37,746 bases of DNA from Jimgerdemannia flammicorona (Eukaryota), in the NCBI GenBank assembly GCA_003990765.1, contig RBNJ01000183.1:1-37746 (forward strand), in the 5' to 3' direction. The notes under the pieces are model-generated. The model saw only the letters and a program-made list of their open reading frames with translations, was not told the DNA's origin and made no database searches. Numbering within the stretch: position 1 is the first letter of the stretch; each line of letters opens with the position of its first letter. This document shows positions 10,377-23,259 of this stretch, one piece after another. The translations under genes were made by a program, and so were the position numbers.

Positions 10377-12830
10377 TTAGTGGCCTGAGCTCCACCAAGA
10401 CTTCAGACACATATACACTTGGATTATCTCAGCATTCAGTACACACCTCTTTGGAACAATGAGGTCTACCCCATCTGAGAACACTTGCTCGATAGGAGCA
10501 CTGGAGGCAGGAACCGCTAGGTAGTCCTGAGCCATATCACACAGGCTGGGGAAGTCTGTTTGATACAGCTGCATGCCCCAGTGGGTAGAGCAGTGGGTAG
10601 AGCAGTGGTTAGATTGGTGGATTAAATTGGCCCAATGCCTACCTAATAATCCACCTTCTACTAGTTGAGTACCTCCATGCCCTCCAGCAGGATCATGCAG
10701 TCGCTGACAAGGTAAATAGTAAGTTTGTCTATTGACAACAGCTCTTCCACTGATGGCTCCCTCTTCCTCTTTCTGCTGAAGAAAATGTGGGACAGAAGGG
10801 ATCCCTTGGCATATTCATCCGGACTTCGGCTGGAACCTTGCGGCAGTGTGTAGTTTTTCTGGTACACTTCGATTACAGTCTGCTTGGTTCTCTCAATGAA
10901 GTGCTGCTCCCAGCTCTGATCTTTATAGTATTATAGCTTTAAGTGTGGGTCCAGCACTGTTCAAAGGAGAGGAGAGAGTGAGTTTTTGTAGGGATTTCTC
11001 TGTTTTGGAAGGGGCAATGGCCACACACTGACATCAACACACCTGTACTGATTGAGTATATAACAGTATCTGTTTGAGAGTAATACTTTCTGAGCTTGCT
11101 AAGAGCAACCTCCATGGCATCTCTCTGATCCAGGCTCAATCATAAATCACTGCAACCCTCTAGCCTGTCCTTGAGCTTGTCCTCTAGCCAGTCAATCAGA
11201 AGGTTATATACTGGTATTGCCAAGCTTATTGTCGGAGTCGTTTGTTTGACTATATCCTTCATATAATCGTTGAAACACTGGCAGTTATATGTATGTGGTG
11301 AGGTGTTGCATTGTGCGGAGGTAGACAAAATGAGTGTAGAGACTGACAAAATGAGTGTGGAGCCAGAGTAATCACCACTTACTTCCAAAACTCTGACAAC
11401 ATTTCTAAGTACATCCCACTCACTTTCATCTAGAGCCTTGGCCTGTATTTCCTTGTTGGTAGCCACTATTGAATCTATTGGCTTTTTTTGTTTTTTTAAA
11501 ATAAATCTTCAATCATCCAAAACAAGTTGCTTCAGCTGACCAAAGAAAAAAAGGATGCATACTATAGCAAACTCCAGCACACACTGGATCATTGCAAATA
11601 TTGAGTTCCAATATATATAGATATCTAATATAAGCTCTTTTGGGACTAAACTGATTACTCTACACTGCACAGCAAATTTGTCTCATCATTGTGGGGATGA
11701 TCAGACTGATACAACCAGGTTGTGTAGCTTGGAAATTATACTCAGGGCCCCTCCTCTCTCGGATGTTTTATCTATATGTATAAGATAGTCCTGAACAGCA
11801 AGGTTCAGTATGTGGGCCTAATATCATACATGGCAGCTATCTGTACTGAAGGCCATGTTTTTCTGTTTGAGGCTGGCTGCTAAAACTTTGAAAAATGTTG
11901 AGTTGTTTGTGGCATTGTCTGTCATAATGGTCAAAATCTGTACTTGAAATATTTGATCAGTGAATTTATATGAAAATAAATAACCAATAAAATCTGATTT
12001 GGTTTAGGACCTCTCTCAAAACACTGACCTAATAGCAAGCCCCCCTTTTTTATCTTGGTTGTGATCCCAAGCTCCCAGATATATGTAACTAATAAAAGCA
12101 TCTGCAATGTTGTCTCCAGAATGAGGGCCAGCAAGTTTGACAAAGTCAAGGGTGAGAGATTTAAGCTGCCAATCGAGGTCAATCTAATAACTGATAATGC
12201 CCAGAAATGAAATTGCATTGGAGGATGTCTATGTGTCAATCATAAATGAAATTTTGCCTGCCGAATTCTGCTTATTGAATGTGAGGTTAAATTGATAAGC
12301 TCTTTTATATAATTCAGCTTGCAAAGGTCATGGTGCTACCCTTATTTTACCTGAAGTGTCTGGCAGAGATTGTCATACTCCTTCCTATAGGCCTCCAGGA
12401 CATCTTTGTGAATAGTATCAGCACTTGGCAAATATAAATCATACTTGAGAAGGCCAAAAATGCTATGCAATTGATCACTCTCAATAGTTGTGAATGGCTG
12501 GTCTGTATATACAATCCAGCAAATAAGCCAATTTCGAAATTCTGCTGAAGAGTATGGCTAAATATTTTTTATTAAATGATATTGTTGGTATAGAAATGGT
12601 CAGGTAATTGGATAAACATATCCACCACAGCTTGGATGTCGATTTTATTTGTCTCTGTGTTCTTTTTGATTTTGTTAGAGTGCTTGTCTTTTATATATCA
12701 ATTCATGTTCGAAGTCATACCCTCAAGCATTTTGAACTTCTGGCTGGTGCAGTTTATGCATGTGTATGTATTGTATATGTATGTGTATATATTATGTTGT
12801 GGATGCATCCAGTATATGAGTCATGTAGAG
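10377..12830 (-). pseudogene. hAT transposase, intron-containing (about 7 introns), with BED zinc finger and C-terminal dimerisation domain
   Basis: BED finger CINC...GMTSNMN*YIKDKH (about 12680-12830), QPFTTIES, KISFMIDT*TSSN (first Asp), IMTDNATNN (second Asp), AHILNLAVQ, LDPHLK, FPSLCDMAQDYLAVPASSAPIEQVFS (Glu). GT-AG introns, e.g. 12350-12268 and donors GTATGC at about 11562 and GTAAGT at about 11382. Start codon not located. Confidence 0.93.
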
Positions 12831-12869
12831 GATTTGGATTGGAGGATTTGGTTGAAGAATTTAGATGAG

Positions 12870-13160
12870 AATTCAGATTGAATGATTCAAATTGGAGGAT
12901 TTGAATTGGAGGATTTGAATTGAAGGATTCAGATTGAGTGATTCAGATTGAGTAATTCAGATTGAGTAATTTGGATTGAGTGATTCGAATTGAGTGATTC
13001 AGATTGGGGTGGTTCAGATGGATGATTCAGATGGGGCGATTCAGATGGGGTGATTCAGATGGGGTGATTCAGATTAATCTGAGTTGATTCAGATGGCTTT
13101 GGATTTGAGATTCGGATCAAACCATCATATGATGAATCAAATCCAGATTTGATTTGAATT
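12870..13160. repeat. hAT right subterminal array of about 14-bp units (GATTCAGATTGAGT / GATTCAGATGGGGT)
   Basis: More than 10 tandem copies of gattcagat[t/g]g[a/g]gt next to the right TIR. Confidence 0.85.
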
Positions 13161-16100
13161 GACTCATTCAGAGTACTATATACTAGATCAGATAGATCTG
13201 GGGCCTTCACCTTGCAATATTTTGGATAAAAGAATGGGCTTGGGATGGGGCCTTTTAGTAGTCCAAGTGGATAAGGCAGCTTGGGCAGTAGAAGTAGTGT
13301 GGGTGGTGAGACTGAAGGGCAGGCAGAGAGGAGCTTTGTGGATATACTGAGAGATAGTGGCTGGCTGGTGGGATCTCAGGGAGGGGCAGGCTGGAGGGAA
13401 GGGAAAGTAGAAGATTGGGGAAGCTGGAGGAGCTGGAGGAGCTAGACCTCAGCTGGTGAGTGGTAGGGCTGGTGCTGCTGGGGGTAGTGGTAAGACTGCT
13501 AATAGTAGCATAATTAGAAATCTGGAAAAAAATTCAGATGTGACTGTTGATGGTGGGGCTGGGCAGATGGGCCCAAAGTAGATGGGGGACCTGGCTGATA
13601 GTGTAATGGGGCTAGTGGTGGCACCATTACTCAAGAAGTCAATTTTGGAGTTTATGGCTACCTTGTGCTTTCAGGGCTTGGTGGTGATGGTAAGAATAGT
13701 CCTGGGGCTTATCTTGCAGCAGGTGGCTGGAGTAGTCTCAGTGAAGTTCCTGAAGGGGCTGGAGGGGATTGAGGTGGGCTTTGAGGAGATAGGCCCACTA
13801 GATGAGGCTCTGAAGACTAGAGTGGTAGTAGGGAAAGTAGTGGTCCCTATGGTGTACTGCCTTAGGTGGGACCCCAGAGTAGTATAGTTACTGATGAAGG
13901 GGGTGCCTATGGTGACAAAGGCTAAGACTAAGAGGAGAGTGGAGGAGGTAATGGTGGAGTATAGTGATGTAGTAGATATCAGCTTCCAGATATGGAAGGG
14001 GACTACCTTTCAGACAGGTGATATTGATGTCAGAATTAGACTGGCTAAGAGGGAGGCCACAGAGAAGACAAGTGACTGGCCATCAGTATTGATGTAGAGG
14101 GCATTTGTCTACAAGATATCAAGGATGAAGGAGAGTGAAGAGGAGGAGGAGAACTTGTTGGAAGTGCTGGAGAAGTTTAGTGGTGCAGTTGAGTAGCAGA
14201 CAAAGATCTGGAAGCTATATGAGAAGTCAATACACCTGGAGATTATTGATGGGAAGCATATTCATACTGACAAGAGGCAGTGGGAGAGGGCTCAAGAGTG
14301 CAGAAGGCAGAGGGAGTTGCTAGCAAGTATAGAAGGAGGGGCTAAGATGAAGGCTGGGGGCCCTGAGAAGTCTGAGAGAGTGAAGGCAAGTGTCTGAGCT
14401 AGCAAGAGAGGAGGTGATAGAGAGGAGGACCTGGAAGGAGCTGTGAAGGTACTGCTTAAGAACCTGTTTGTGAATGGTACTTTTGAGGTCTGGGACCCAG
14501 TCATGGAAAATACTCCCCCTCTAATCTGGCAGAGCCCAGCTGTGAGGAATCAGGTAGCAGAGGATGAGTTGATGAGAGGTGCTCAGCAGGTACACTTTGG
14601 GGTTTCTGATGTGGTAGAGGGTGGACAGGTGATGGCTGTTGGTGAGAATGAGCTAGTAGATGTCTCTGAGGAGAGATGAGATGAGTCTACCAGTGTAGGG
14701 ACAGACACCATGATGCTGGATGCAGGAAGGCCAGGGACATCAGAAGGAAAGGAGGTGGAGAACCTACTGTAGATGAGCAAGGTGATAGATAACCTCATGG
14801 CTGAGGAGTTGGGGGAAGTGGACTTGTGAGTGATGAGTGAGGAGCATTGGACAGAAATTCTGCAGGAAGAGAGGGTGGTGGGGGCACTAAAGATAGAGAT
14901 TCTTGTGATTTTCCTGGAGAAAAAGAGATATGAGGTTGATAAGGTGAGAGAGGTGGAGCTGATGGTTATTGCAGGTGAGTGGGCTACATACTGTTGGGCA
15001 GAGCAGCATAGTTTGTAGCTCTGGCAAGAGGTATGTCTGAAGTATTGTAAGAACTTCAAGGAAAAGGAGGATGGGGTGATGGCTGAACTTCTGGAAGGGT
15101 TGGAAGCCTAGGTGACTGAGGAGAAGGTGCTGGCTGCTGAACATGAATTGGACTTGGCACAGGAGGAGTTGAATGCAGATTTATAGAGGCTGTAATTAAT
15201 ATTCAATATTATTACTTATTAATAGTACAACTAACATTTTTTCTCTGAATGTGAATAGATTATGAGGTACTGGGAGATATAAGAACATTTTTACTTGGCT
15301 TAAGGGATTGGAGGCTGATCTCTTTTTACTATAGGATATATGGTGTGAGGATAAGGAAGATCAAGTAGAGTGGACTAGAGAATGGGGAGAAGCTACTACA
15401 TGGGTTGGCAAAGTGGCAATTCTGGTGAGAAAGGGTAGAGGAGATTTGGGTAGAATTAGAAGCTGGGGTGATTATTTGGTCTGAGGAGAATAGTATAGGC
15501 TGGAGTAGAAATTAGTAAAGGTTGGCTCCTACTACTGTCCTGTGGTCAGGGGTGAGCAGATTGAGTGGATTAAGGATCTTTTGGAGGAGGGCATTCTCTT
15601 GGAGGAAGGTATTGATATTCTGGAAGGTGACTTTAATATAGTGTGGGATCCACAGCTAGATAGAACTGATAGAGAGAGGAGTGTGGGCAGGAGGAGTGGT
15701 GGTCTGGATAAGTGGGAGGAGGCAGAGAACCTTAGCTCCTTAGGGGATATGGATAGAATATATTGGGGCAATTGAAGGGTCTATATGCACTGGGTAAATG
15801 GGCTAGATATAAGAATTGATTGGATTCTAATGGCAGAGTATTGGGGAGTAGATGTTTGGAGGACTCTAGAGGTGGAGTGGTGCCTATGGTCCAATCACTG
15901 GGGGCTGTTAAAGCAGGGACAGTTTGGGGGGATTGAAGATAGACTCAGACATTAGTGCCTTAACTCCTTCCTGCTGGATGAGAAGGAGTTGTGGGACCCA
16001 TAAATAGAGGAAATTCAGAAGAAGATCACTCACTGGATATGTGAGGGTTTATCTGTAGGCAACTACTGAATGAGGTTGAAGGAGGTTGTAAGGGTATATT

Positions 16101-17291
16101 GGAGAGGAGCTGGGAAGGAGGCTGGGAGGTAGAGAAGAAAGCGAGTGAGGTATACTTCTAATAGGCTGGTTAGATTATAGATGAAATGAGCTGATTTGCT
16201 TTCTTCTGCAGGGGTAGAGAATTGGAGGTTGGAAAGGGTGAAATTGAAGGTAGTAGAGTTGCAATAGATATTGAGAGAAGAGAAGGAAATTCATTTGAAG
16301 AGAATGGCTGCCAGACTACAGTGGCAGGGGCTTGAGGAGGGCAAGCAGCCTACTAGGTACTTGTCTAGGCTTCTTTAAGCTAGGAGGGTGTGACATCATT
16401 AGGATGGGGTCTTGGATATTGAGGGGGAAATGGCACATGACATATAACAGATCTTGGGAGTACTGAAGGAGAGATGGAGGGGTCTATGGAGTAAGGAGAA
16501 AGGGGGAGCAGATGAGGGGGCAATTGGTGAAATACTGGAGGAGTGGAATCTGCCATGAGTAGAGGAACTTGGTGACTTGATTATACTAGTCCAAGAGGAG
16601 GAGATCCAGAGCGTCCTTGTGGCAACCAAGTATGGGACTGCACCTAGTGAAGATGGGTTGCCTTGGGACTTCTGGAAGAAGATAGCAAAAGTTCCTGGAG
16701 TATTAGAAGAGATGGCTGCTCTTTGTGACCATGTTCTACTGAATGGAAAGTGAATTGGTGAGCAGGACTTAGAGCTGGTGGCCTTGTTGTATAAAGATAA
16801 GGAAAGAAAGGAGGATTGGAAGAACTGGAGGCTAATTATGCTTCTAGATATGAACAGGAAGATGGTAACAAAGGTGATTGTTACAAGACTACAGAAGGTT
16901 GCCCAATGGGTGCTGGGGGAGGAGCAGTGGGGCTTTGTTGGAGGCAGGCTTATCAGAGATGGGACTGCCTGAGTTTATGACATCATTGAAGGAGTGTGGG
17001 CTTGTGGATTGGATGAGAGACTGGTCTTTTTGGACCAGGAGAAGGCCTATGACCATGTTTGGCAGATATGGCTAGGCAAGGTACTGGATAGAATTGGTAT
17101 TCCCCCATGATTTCAAGTATCTATGTTGAATCTGTTAGAGGGGAGTCAGGCAGTACTAATGTGTAATGGTCACCAGGATCTGGCATTCCCCTTGGGGAGA
17201 GGAGTTCTGCAAGAAGACCCACTGTCTTCTATCCTCTATGCTCTTTCATTGGAACCTTTGATGGATAGGATACAGTAGAAGGTGGCAGGGC

Positions 17292-17491
17292 TAGTGCTCT
17301 CAATGAATAGAATCAAATCAAATCAAATTTGGCCCAAACTCAATTTAATTCAATCGAATCAAGAGTCCAATTCGATTCAACTTTTGATTCAATTCAAATT
17401 GATTCGAATTGAAAAATCCCCGATTCAATTCGACTTGTTTAACCCTCAATTCAATTTGATTCAAATTGATTCGACTTGTTTGGGAGCACTA
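17292..17491. mobile_element. 200-bp non-autonomous hAT-type MITE
   Basis: Ends TAGTGCTC...GAGCACTA. Perfect 8-bp TSD GGCAGGGC at 17284-17291 and 17492-17499. Internal ATTCAA/ATTCGA repeats. Excision restores LINE RT KVAGLSVYGVVWKIGAFADD. Confidence 0.95.
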
Positions 17492-17746
17492 GGCAGGGCT
17501 CTCAGTATATGGAGTAGTATGGAAGATAGGGGCCTTTGCAGATGATATGGTAGTTGGTCTTGGCTCCATGGCAGATGTGAAGGCACTTCAGAAGATAGTG
17601 GATTGGTATAAGGTATACTCTGGGGCAAAACTCAACTGGCATAAGTGTGAGACAATGGTGCTGGACACCTTTCTCAGCTATCATTCACATTATATATACT
17701 TTACAATACACTTTCAAGTAGTTTATTAGAGAAAGGTATTAAGGCA

Positions 17747-19773
17747 ATGGCAAACAGCAAGCAATCTGGGGTATGTACTGGGCAGGGCAACCCTAGCACA
17801 TTCAACTGGCAGTAGGTGGAGAGAGGTCCTGGCCTGGGGGGAGGCATGAGGGGATTGTTGGCAGGAGGATGAGGAGGGGGAAGAGGCAGTAGTGGAGGAC
17901 AGGAGTCTGGGAGGGCGAGCTTTGTGGAGATGGTGAAGGAGAGGCAGCAGGACTCGGCTGGAGGGTTGGCTGAGAAAAGGCAAGAAGATGGAGAAGATAG
18001 CCATTCACAGGGGAGTAGCTCTTGGTAGTGAGAGCAGTGGAGCTGGGGGAGTAGTGGCTGGGGGAAATGTGATAGCTGATGGTGATGAGACTGCCAATCT
18101 GGAAAAAAATTCAGATGTAACTGCTGATAGTATAGCTGAGCAACTGAGGCTTAGAAGGCAAGGAGATTTGGCAGATAGTGTAATAGGTCTAGCAGTGGCT
18201 CCATTACTCAAGGAATCAATCTCAGCATTTATGGTGACATTATGCTTCCAGGGACTGACAGTGATGGTGAAAATGGTACTGGGGCTTATTACTAAGCAGG
18301 TGGCTAGAGCAGCATCTGTAAAGTTCCTGAAAGGATTGGAGAGAGTGGAGGTGGGTTTTGAGGAGGCTGAGCCTCTGGAGGAAGCACTGAAGGTTAGATT
18401 GATAGTTGGAGAGGTGTGTGTCCCAATGGCATGCTGCCTGAAATGGGACCCCAGGGTGGTCCAACTGCTGGTAAAAGGAGTGCCTATGGTGATGGTGGTG
18501 GAGACGAGAAGGAGAGTTGAGGAGATCATGGCAGAGTATGGAGAGGTAGTGGATATTGGGTTCCGAGTCTGGGAGGGGACCTTGCTCAGGACAGAAGATG
18601 TGGATATGAGGATTCAGCTAGTAGAGAAAAAAGCTACTGGGAAGGCAAGGAACTGGCCTTCAGGGATGGTCTGGGGGATGATCTTGTGCAAGATAATGAG
18701 GGTGAAGGAGAGTGAGGAGGAGGAAAAGGACTTGCTGGAGGCACTAGAAGAACTGAGTGGAGTAGTAGAGTGGCAGGTGAAGGCTTGGAAGGCTTTTGAG
18801 GAGCCAACACACTTAGAGGTAGTAGATGGGAAGCAGATTAGAGTAGACAAGGGGCAATGGGAGAAAGCTCAGGGACATAAATATCAGAAGGAGCTACTGG
18901 CCAAGATAGAAAGTCAACCACAGAAGGAGGCAGGTGGAATAGTGGAAACAGGGGGTGCCAAAGTGAGTGTCTGGGCTGGTGAAGACAGTAGGAGTGTGGG
19001 GAAAGGATCAGGAGAGGACAGGAAAGCAGCTGGCAGTGACCCATATACTGATGGTACATATGTTTGAGGTCTGGGAAGAGAAATGAGAGAGGTCACCTAC
19101 CCCTACTCCACTTATCAGAAGAGATCTGGCTTCCCAGAGCAGGGTGGGGGAGGATGTGCCTATGAAGGGGGCCCAGCAAGTGCAATTTGGAGTTCCAGAG
19201 GTAGCAAATGGGAGATGGATGGAGACAGTTGGAGAGGAGGAACTGGTGGATGTCCTGGAGGTATGGGATGAGGCTGTGAGTGCCAGGGCTGATACCATGA
19301 TATTGGATGGTAGGAGACTGGCAATCCCTGGAGGGAAGAAGGTAGAAAACCTACTTTTGATATATAGAATGATGAATAACCTAGTGGCTGAAGAGCTGGG
19401 GGAGGTGGACTTGAGAGTAATGAGTGATGAGCATTGGGTACAGGTTCTATAGAGGGATGGTGTAGAGTTGGCATTGAAGGTGGAGATACTTATGGTATAT
19501 CTGAAGGAGAAAGGGTATGAAGTGGACAAGAAGCAGGAGGCTGAGCTAGCAGGGATTGCTAGTGAGAGGGCCAAATACTGTTAGGCCAAGTGATATAGAT
19601 TGTAGCTCTGGCAAGAGGTCTGCCTAGAGTACTGAGAGGAGTTTGAGAAGAAGGCAGATGGGGAGATGAATGAGCTGTTGGCAGGATTGGAGGCTCAGCA
19701 GACTGAGGAGGAGGCAGTAACTGCAGAACATAATCTGGATATAGCATAGAAAGAGATGAATATGGAGCAGTAG
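17747..19773 (+). pseudogene. LINE B ORF1 (about 675 codons, RRM-like central region)
   Basis: MANSKQ start. Includes the 359-aa open segment 17988-19067 and 19144-19452. Homologous to ORF1 of LINEs A and C. Confidence 0.85.
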
Positions 19774-19805
19774 GAATGGACTGGATTAATACACCATACT
19801 TTATT

Positions 19806-22800
19806 ATGAATAGTACAACTTACATTTTTTCTTTAAATGTGAATGAGTTATGGGATACTTATTGATGCAGGAATATTTTTACTTGGCTGAAGGGATTGGA
19901 GGTCAATCTCTTCCTCTTGTAGGATGTCAGGTGTGAAGATGATTTGGATGGACTGAAATGAACAAAGGAATGGGGAGGTGAGGCAGTTTCAAAAGGCAAG
20001 GTTGGAATTCTGGTATAGAAAGGCAGAGGACATGCAGAGCTGGGGGGATAGATTAGTCTGGAGTGAGTGGATATGTTTGAGATGGGAGCCAGTTACAGTG
20101 GGCTCTTGTTACTGCCCTGTAGTATGAGGTAAGCATGTGGATTGGGTGAAGAGTCTTCAGGAGAGTGGGATTCTCACAGAGGCTGGGGTGGATATGCTGG
20201 GTGGAGACTACAATATGGTCTGAGATATACTGTTGGACAGAACAGATAGAGGATGGGGAGCTGAGGGTCAGAGTGGAGGACTGGCAGTATGGGAGGAAGT
20301 GGAATGGCTGAGTGCTCTAGTAGATGTGGGTAGGGAGTGCTGGGGGGATAGGAGGGTATATATACATTGGACAGGGGGCTTGGGGACAAGAATTGATTGG
20401 ATTCTGATGGCCAGCTGCTGGGGCTTAGATGTTTGGAAGTCACTGGAGTTGGAATGATATTCTTAGTTGGATCATTGAGGGCTTTTAGAACAGGAGCAAT
20501 TTGGGGAGGATGGGGATGGGCCTGGACATTGGTGTCTCAATTCCTCCTTATTAGATGATAAGATCTGGTAGGATGAGTGGGCTGCAGACATGCAACTGAG
20601 AGTAGAGTGCTGGAGATGAGAAGGTACCCCAGTTGGTGTTCAGTAGATATGGATAAAAGAGATGGCCAGGACCTACTGGAGTGAGGTACAAAGCTTGGTG
20701 GCATGGCTCCATTGACAGGGTTTGGAAGAAGGAGAGAGACCCTCAAAGTATCTCACAAGAGTCCTTCAGGTGAGAAGGGTGCAGTAGAGGTGGAAGGGGG
20801 TGCTTGACTCTGATAATATACTGGTACATAGTATATATGATATTCTTGGATCTTTAAAGGAGCATTGGAGTGGTTTGTGGAATGAGGAGGAGGGTGGGGT
20901 AGATGCTGATGCCATTGACCATACATTAGAGGATTGGCACCCCCCATGAGTAGATGGAGTGGGAGACTTAGTGCTGCCTGTACAAGAAGAGGAGATTCAC
21001 TAGATTCTTGCTGTGACATTGCTAAGTATGGCACTCAGGGAGGATGGTTTGCCCTGGGACTTCTGGAAGAAGATGTTTGGGATCCCAGGAGTACTGGGTG
21101 AGATGACAGCACTATGTGATTTTATTCTACAGACAGAGAAATGGGTGGGAGATCAGGATCTGAGGTTGGTGATATTTCTTTATAAGAATAAAGGAGGACG
21201 AGAGGACTGGAAGAACTGGAGACCAATTATGCTGCTGGATATGGATAGAAAGTTGGTTACTAAGGTAGTGGTTGCAAGGCTACAAAAGGTGGCCCAGCAA
21301 GTCTTGGGTATTGAGCAGAGGAGCTTTGTAGGAGGCTGGCTCATTAGGGATGGCACAGCCTGGGTACATGGAGTTATTGAAGGGGTGTAAGCCTGTGGAT
21401 TGGATGGGTACCTGGTCTTTTTAGACCAAGAGAAGACTTATAACTAGGTGAGGTGAGTCTGGCTGGTGAAGGTATTGGACAGAACTGGGGTTCTACACCA
21501 GTTCTGATTAGCTATAATCAGTCTACTGGAAGGGAGTAGGGCTGTACTCATGTGTAATAGATATAGAGGGGTAGCATTTCCTCTGAGTAGGGGGGTGCCC
21601 CATGGGGACCCATTGTCCCCCATTCTGTATACTCTTTCACTGGAACCTTTAATGGATAGAATCAGGCAGAAGATAGTAGAGCTCCCTATCTTTGGTATTG
21701 GGTGGAAAGTAGGGGCCTTCACAGATGATATGGTGGTTGAACTAGGATCAATTGCTGATGTCAAGGAGTTCAAGAAGACAGTGGAGTGGTATGAGAAGAA
21801 CTCTGGGGTGAAGCTTAATTGGCATAAGTGTGAAACAATAGTGTTAGGCAACAGTCTGGTGGGAGGGGAGATTATTAGAACAATTGTCCCTACTAGTAAG
21901 ATAGTGTCATACTTGGGTATCTATCTATCAGTGTATGGATCAGTTCTACTCAGACTTTGGTGGGAGCAGCAGGTTGGAACCTGGGGAGAGACCCTGCAGA
22001 GTTGGGGGGGCCATCAATTGTCCCTGGCAGAGCATGTCTCAATTTTGAATATCTACTGGTTGCCGAAGTTATGGTATCTGGCTTATTATCTAGACTTTCT
22101 AGCCTGGGTGGTGAAGAGAGTGATGAAGCTGGCCAAGAGATAGATCTGGGCTGGAAGAAGGAGTCAGATTAGCTGGGAGGTCTTGTCCTTACTAGTGGCA
22201 AGTGGTGGACTTGGGCTGATTGACTTTTCAAAAAGGCTACACTGCCTGAGAGCATAGTGGCTGAAGAGAGCCATAGAGTTGAGAGGGGAAGATTGGGTTC
22301 CCCTACTACAGAAGGTCTGGGAGATGAGGTCCTCACTATGAGGCTTGACTGGAGATCTTCTATCTTTGGTTGAATTTAAGAATACTGAATAATTGTAATA
22401 TAAAGACTTCTGGTGAGAGATGGTAGAGAGGATGCACCATATTGGAATTCATTAGCAGGGAAATAAAGGGGAGATGGATTGGGATCTGGCAATATAGAGA
22501 TAGGACCAGATGCTGCTAAGTGGTATTCCCTTACTCAAGTTTGACATTAGTGATGAGATAGAATGCCAGAGGGGACTAGGCCAGGATCTGTGGCTCAGTG
22601 GTTGGCAAGGTGTTGGAATCAGCAAAGATTAGGCCTGGTATGGTATTTGGGCCTGGAGTACTGAGGTGAGGAAATAGATGTCACCAAAGTACTGGGTGAC
22701 TTGGTGGTGTATGCTGAGGAGAAATAAAATGCTCAACTACCACCCAGGTCACCTTATTGAGGGTGGTTACTTTGACTGTGAGAAATGCTATAATGTAGAA

Positions 22801-23170
22801 ATAGAAGAAGAATATGTGCAGATGCCTGAATATTGGCTGGGAGAGTGCAAGGTACTTAGTGACTTTTAGCAGACTGTTGGGGATCATTTGGAGATAGGAT
22901 GCAGGAGAGGTGGCATGCAGGGATAGTGGGAGGATCTGAGGGATAGACTGGTGGGGGGGAGTGGAAAAGGAATGGCTCACATTAGGCTGGGCTTGGGGGT
23001 CTGGCTGCTGTAGTGGTATAGTCTTATGGAAGATACCTTGACAGGCTGGTGGCTTAGTTGGGGGTTGCAGGGTGGTCAGAGGTATTAATTGGTGGAGAAA
23101 ATCTATAGATAGAGTAGGAGAAAAGTTGGAGTGGTGGGTGAGAAGATGGTCTTTGTTTGGAAGAGAGTGG
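19806..23170 (+). pseudogene. LINE B ORF2 (APE endonuclease, RT, Cys/His motif)
   Basis: MNSTTYIFSLNVNEL, GGDYN, TRIDWIL, NWRPIMLLD, RGVPHGDPLSP, FTDD, YLGI, CEKC...EYWLGEC. The EN-RT linker appears shorter or rearranged relative to A and C. Confidence 0.9.
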
Positions 23171-23259
23171 GGAGAGGCTCTCCTATGGGGATCGGATAGT
23201 GGGAGGAAATACTGTAAACTTATTAATAGACTGATAATAAATGTCAAAGTCCAAGCAAC

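Larger units (their letters stand above)
6871..13178 (-). mobile_element. hAT-superfamily DNA transposon, 6308 bp
   Basis: TIRs TAGTGCTCTGAATGAAT (6871-6887) and ACTCATTCAGAGTACTA (13162-13178), 15/17 matching. Perfect 8-bp TSD TATACTAG at 6863-6870 and 13179-13186. Internal hAT transposase on the minus strand. Confidence 0.96.
6836..15186 (+). pseudogene. LINE A ORF1, interrupted after about 12 codons by the hAT element
   Basis: MSTSKQADAYT at 6836 resumes at 13187. Homologous to LINE B and C ORF1 (GDLADSVxGLxVAPLLK, VKFLKGLE, WDPRVV, KGVPMV). Confidence 0.85.

Noticed and set aside
9302..10462. Overlapping ORFs of 65-178 aa on both strands
   Set aside because: They are by-products of the GC-rich tandem repeat and show no recognisable domain.
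12870..13160. Telomere-like or satellite repeat
   Set aside because: It lies immediately inside the hAT TIR and resembles the MITE internal motifs, so it is best explained as subterminal repeats.
17282..17545. 87-aa Asn/Gln/Ile-rich ORF
   Set aside because: It reads through the 200-bp MITE repeats.
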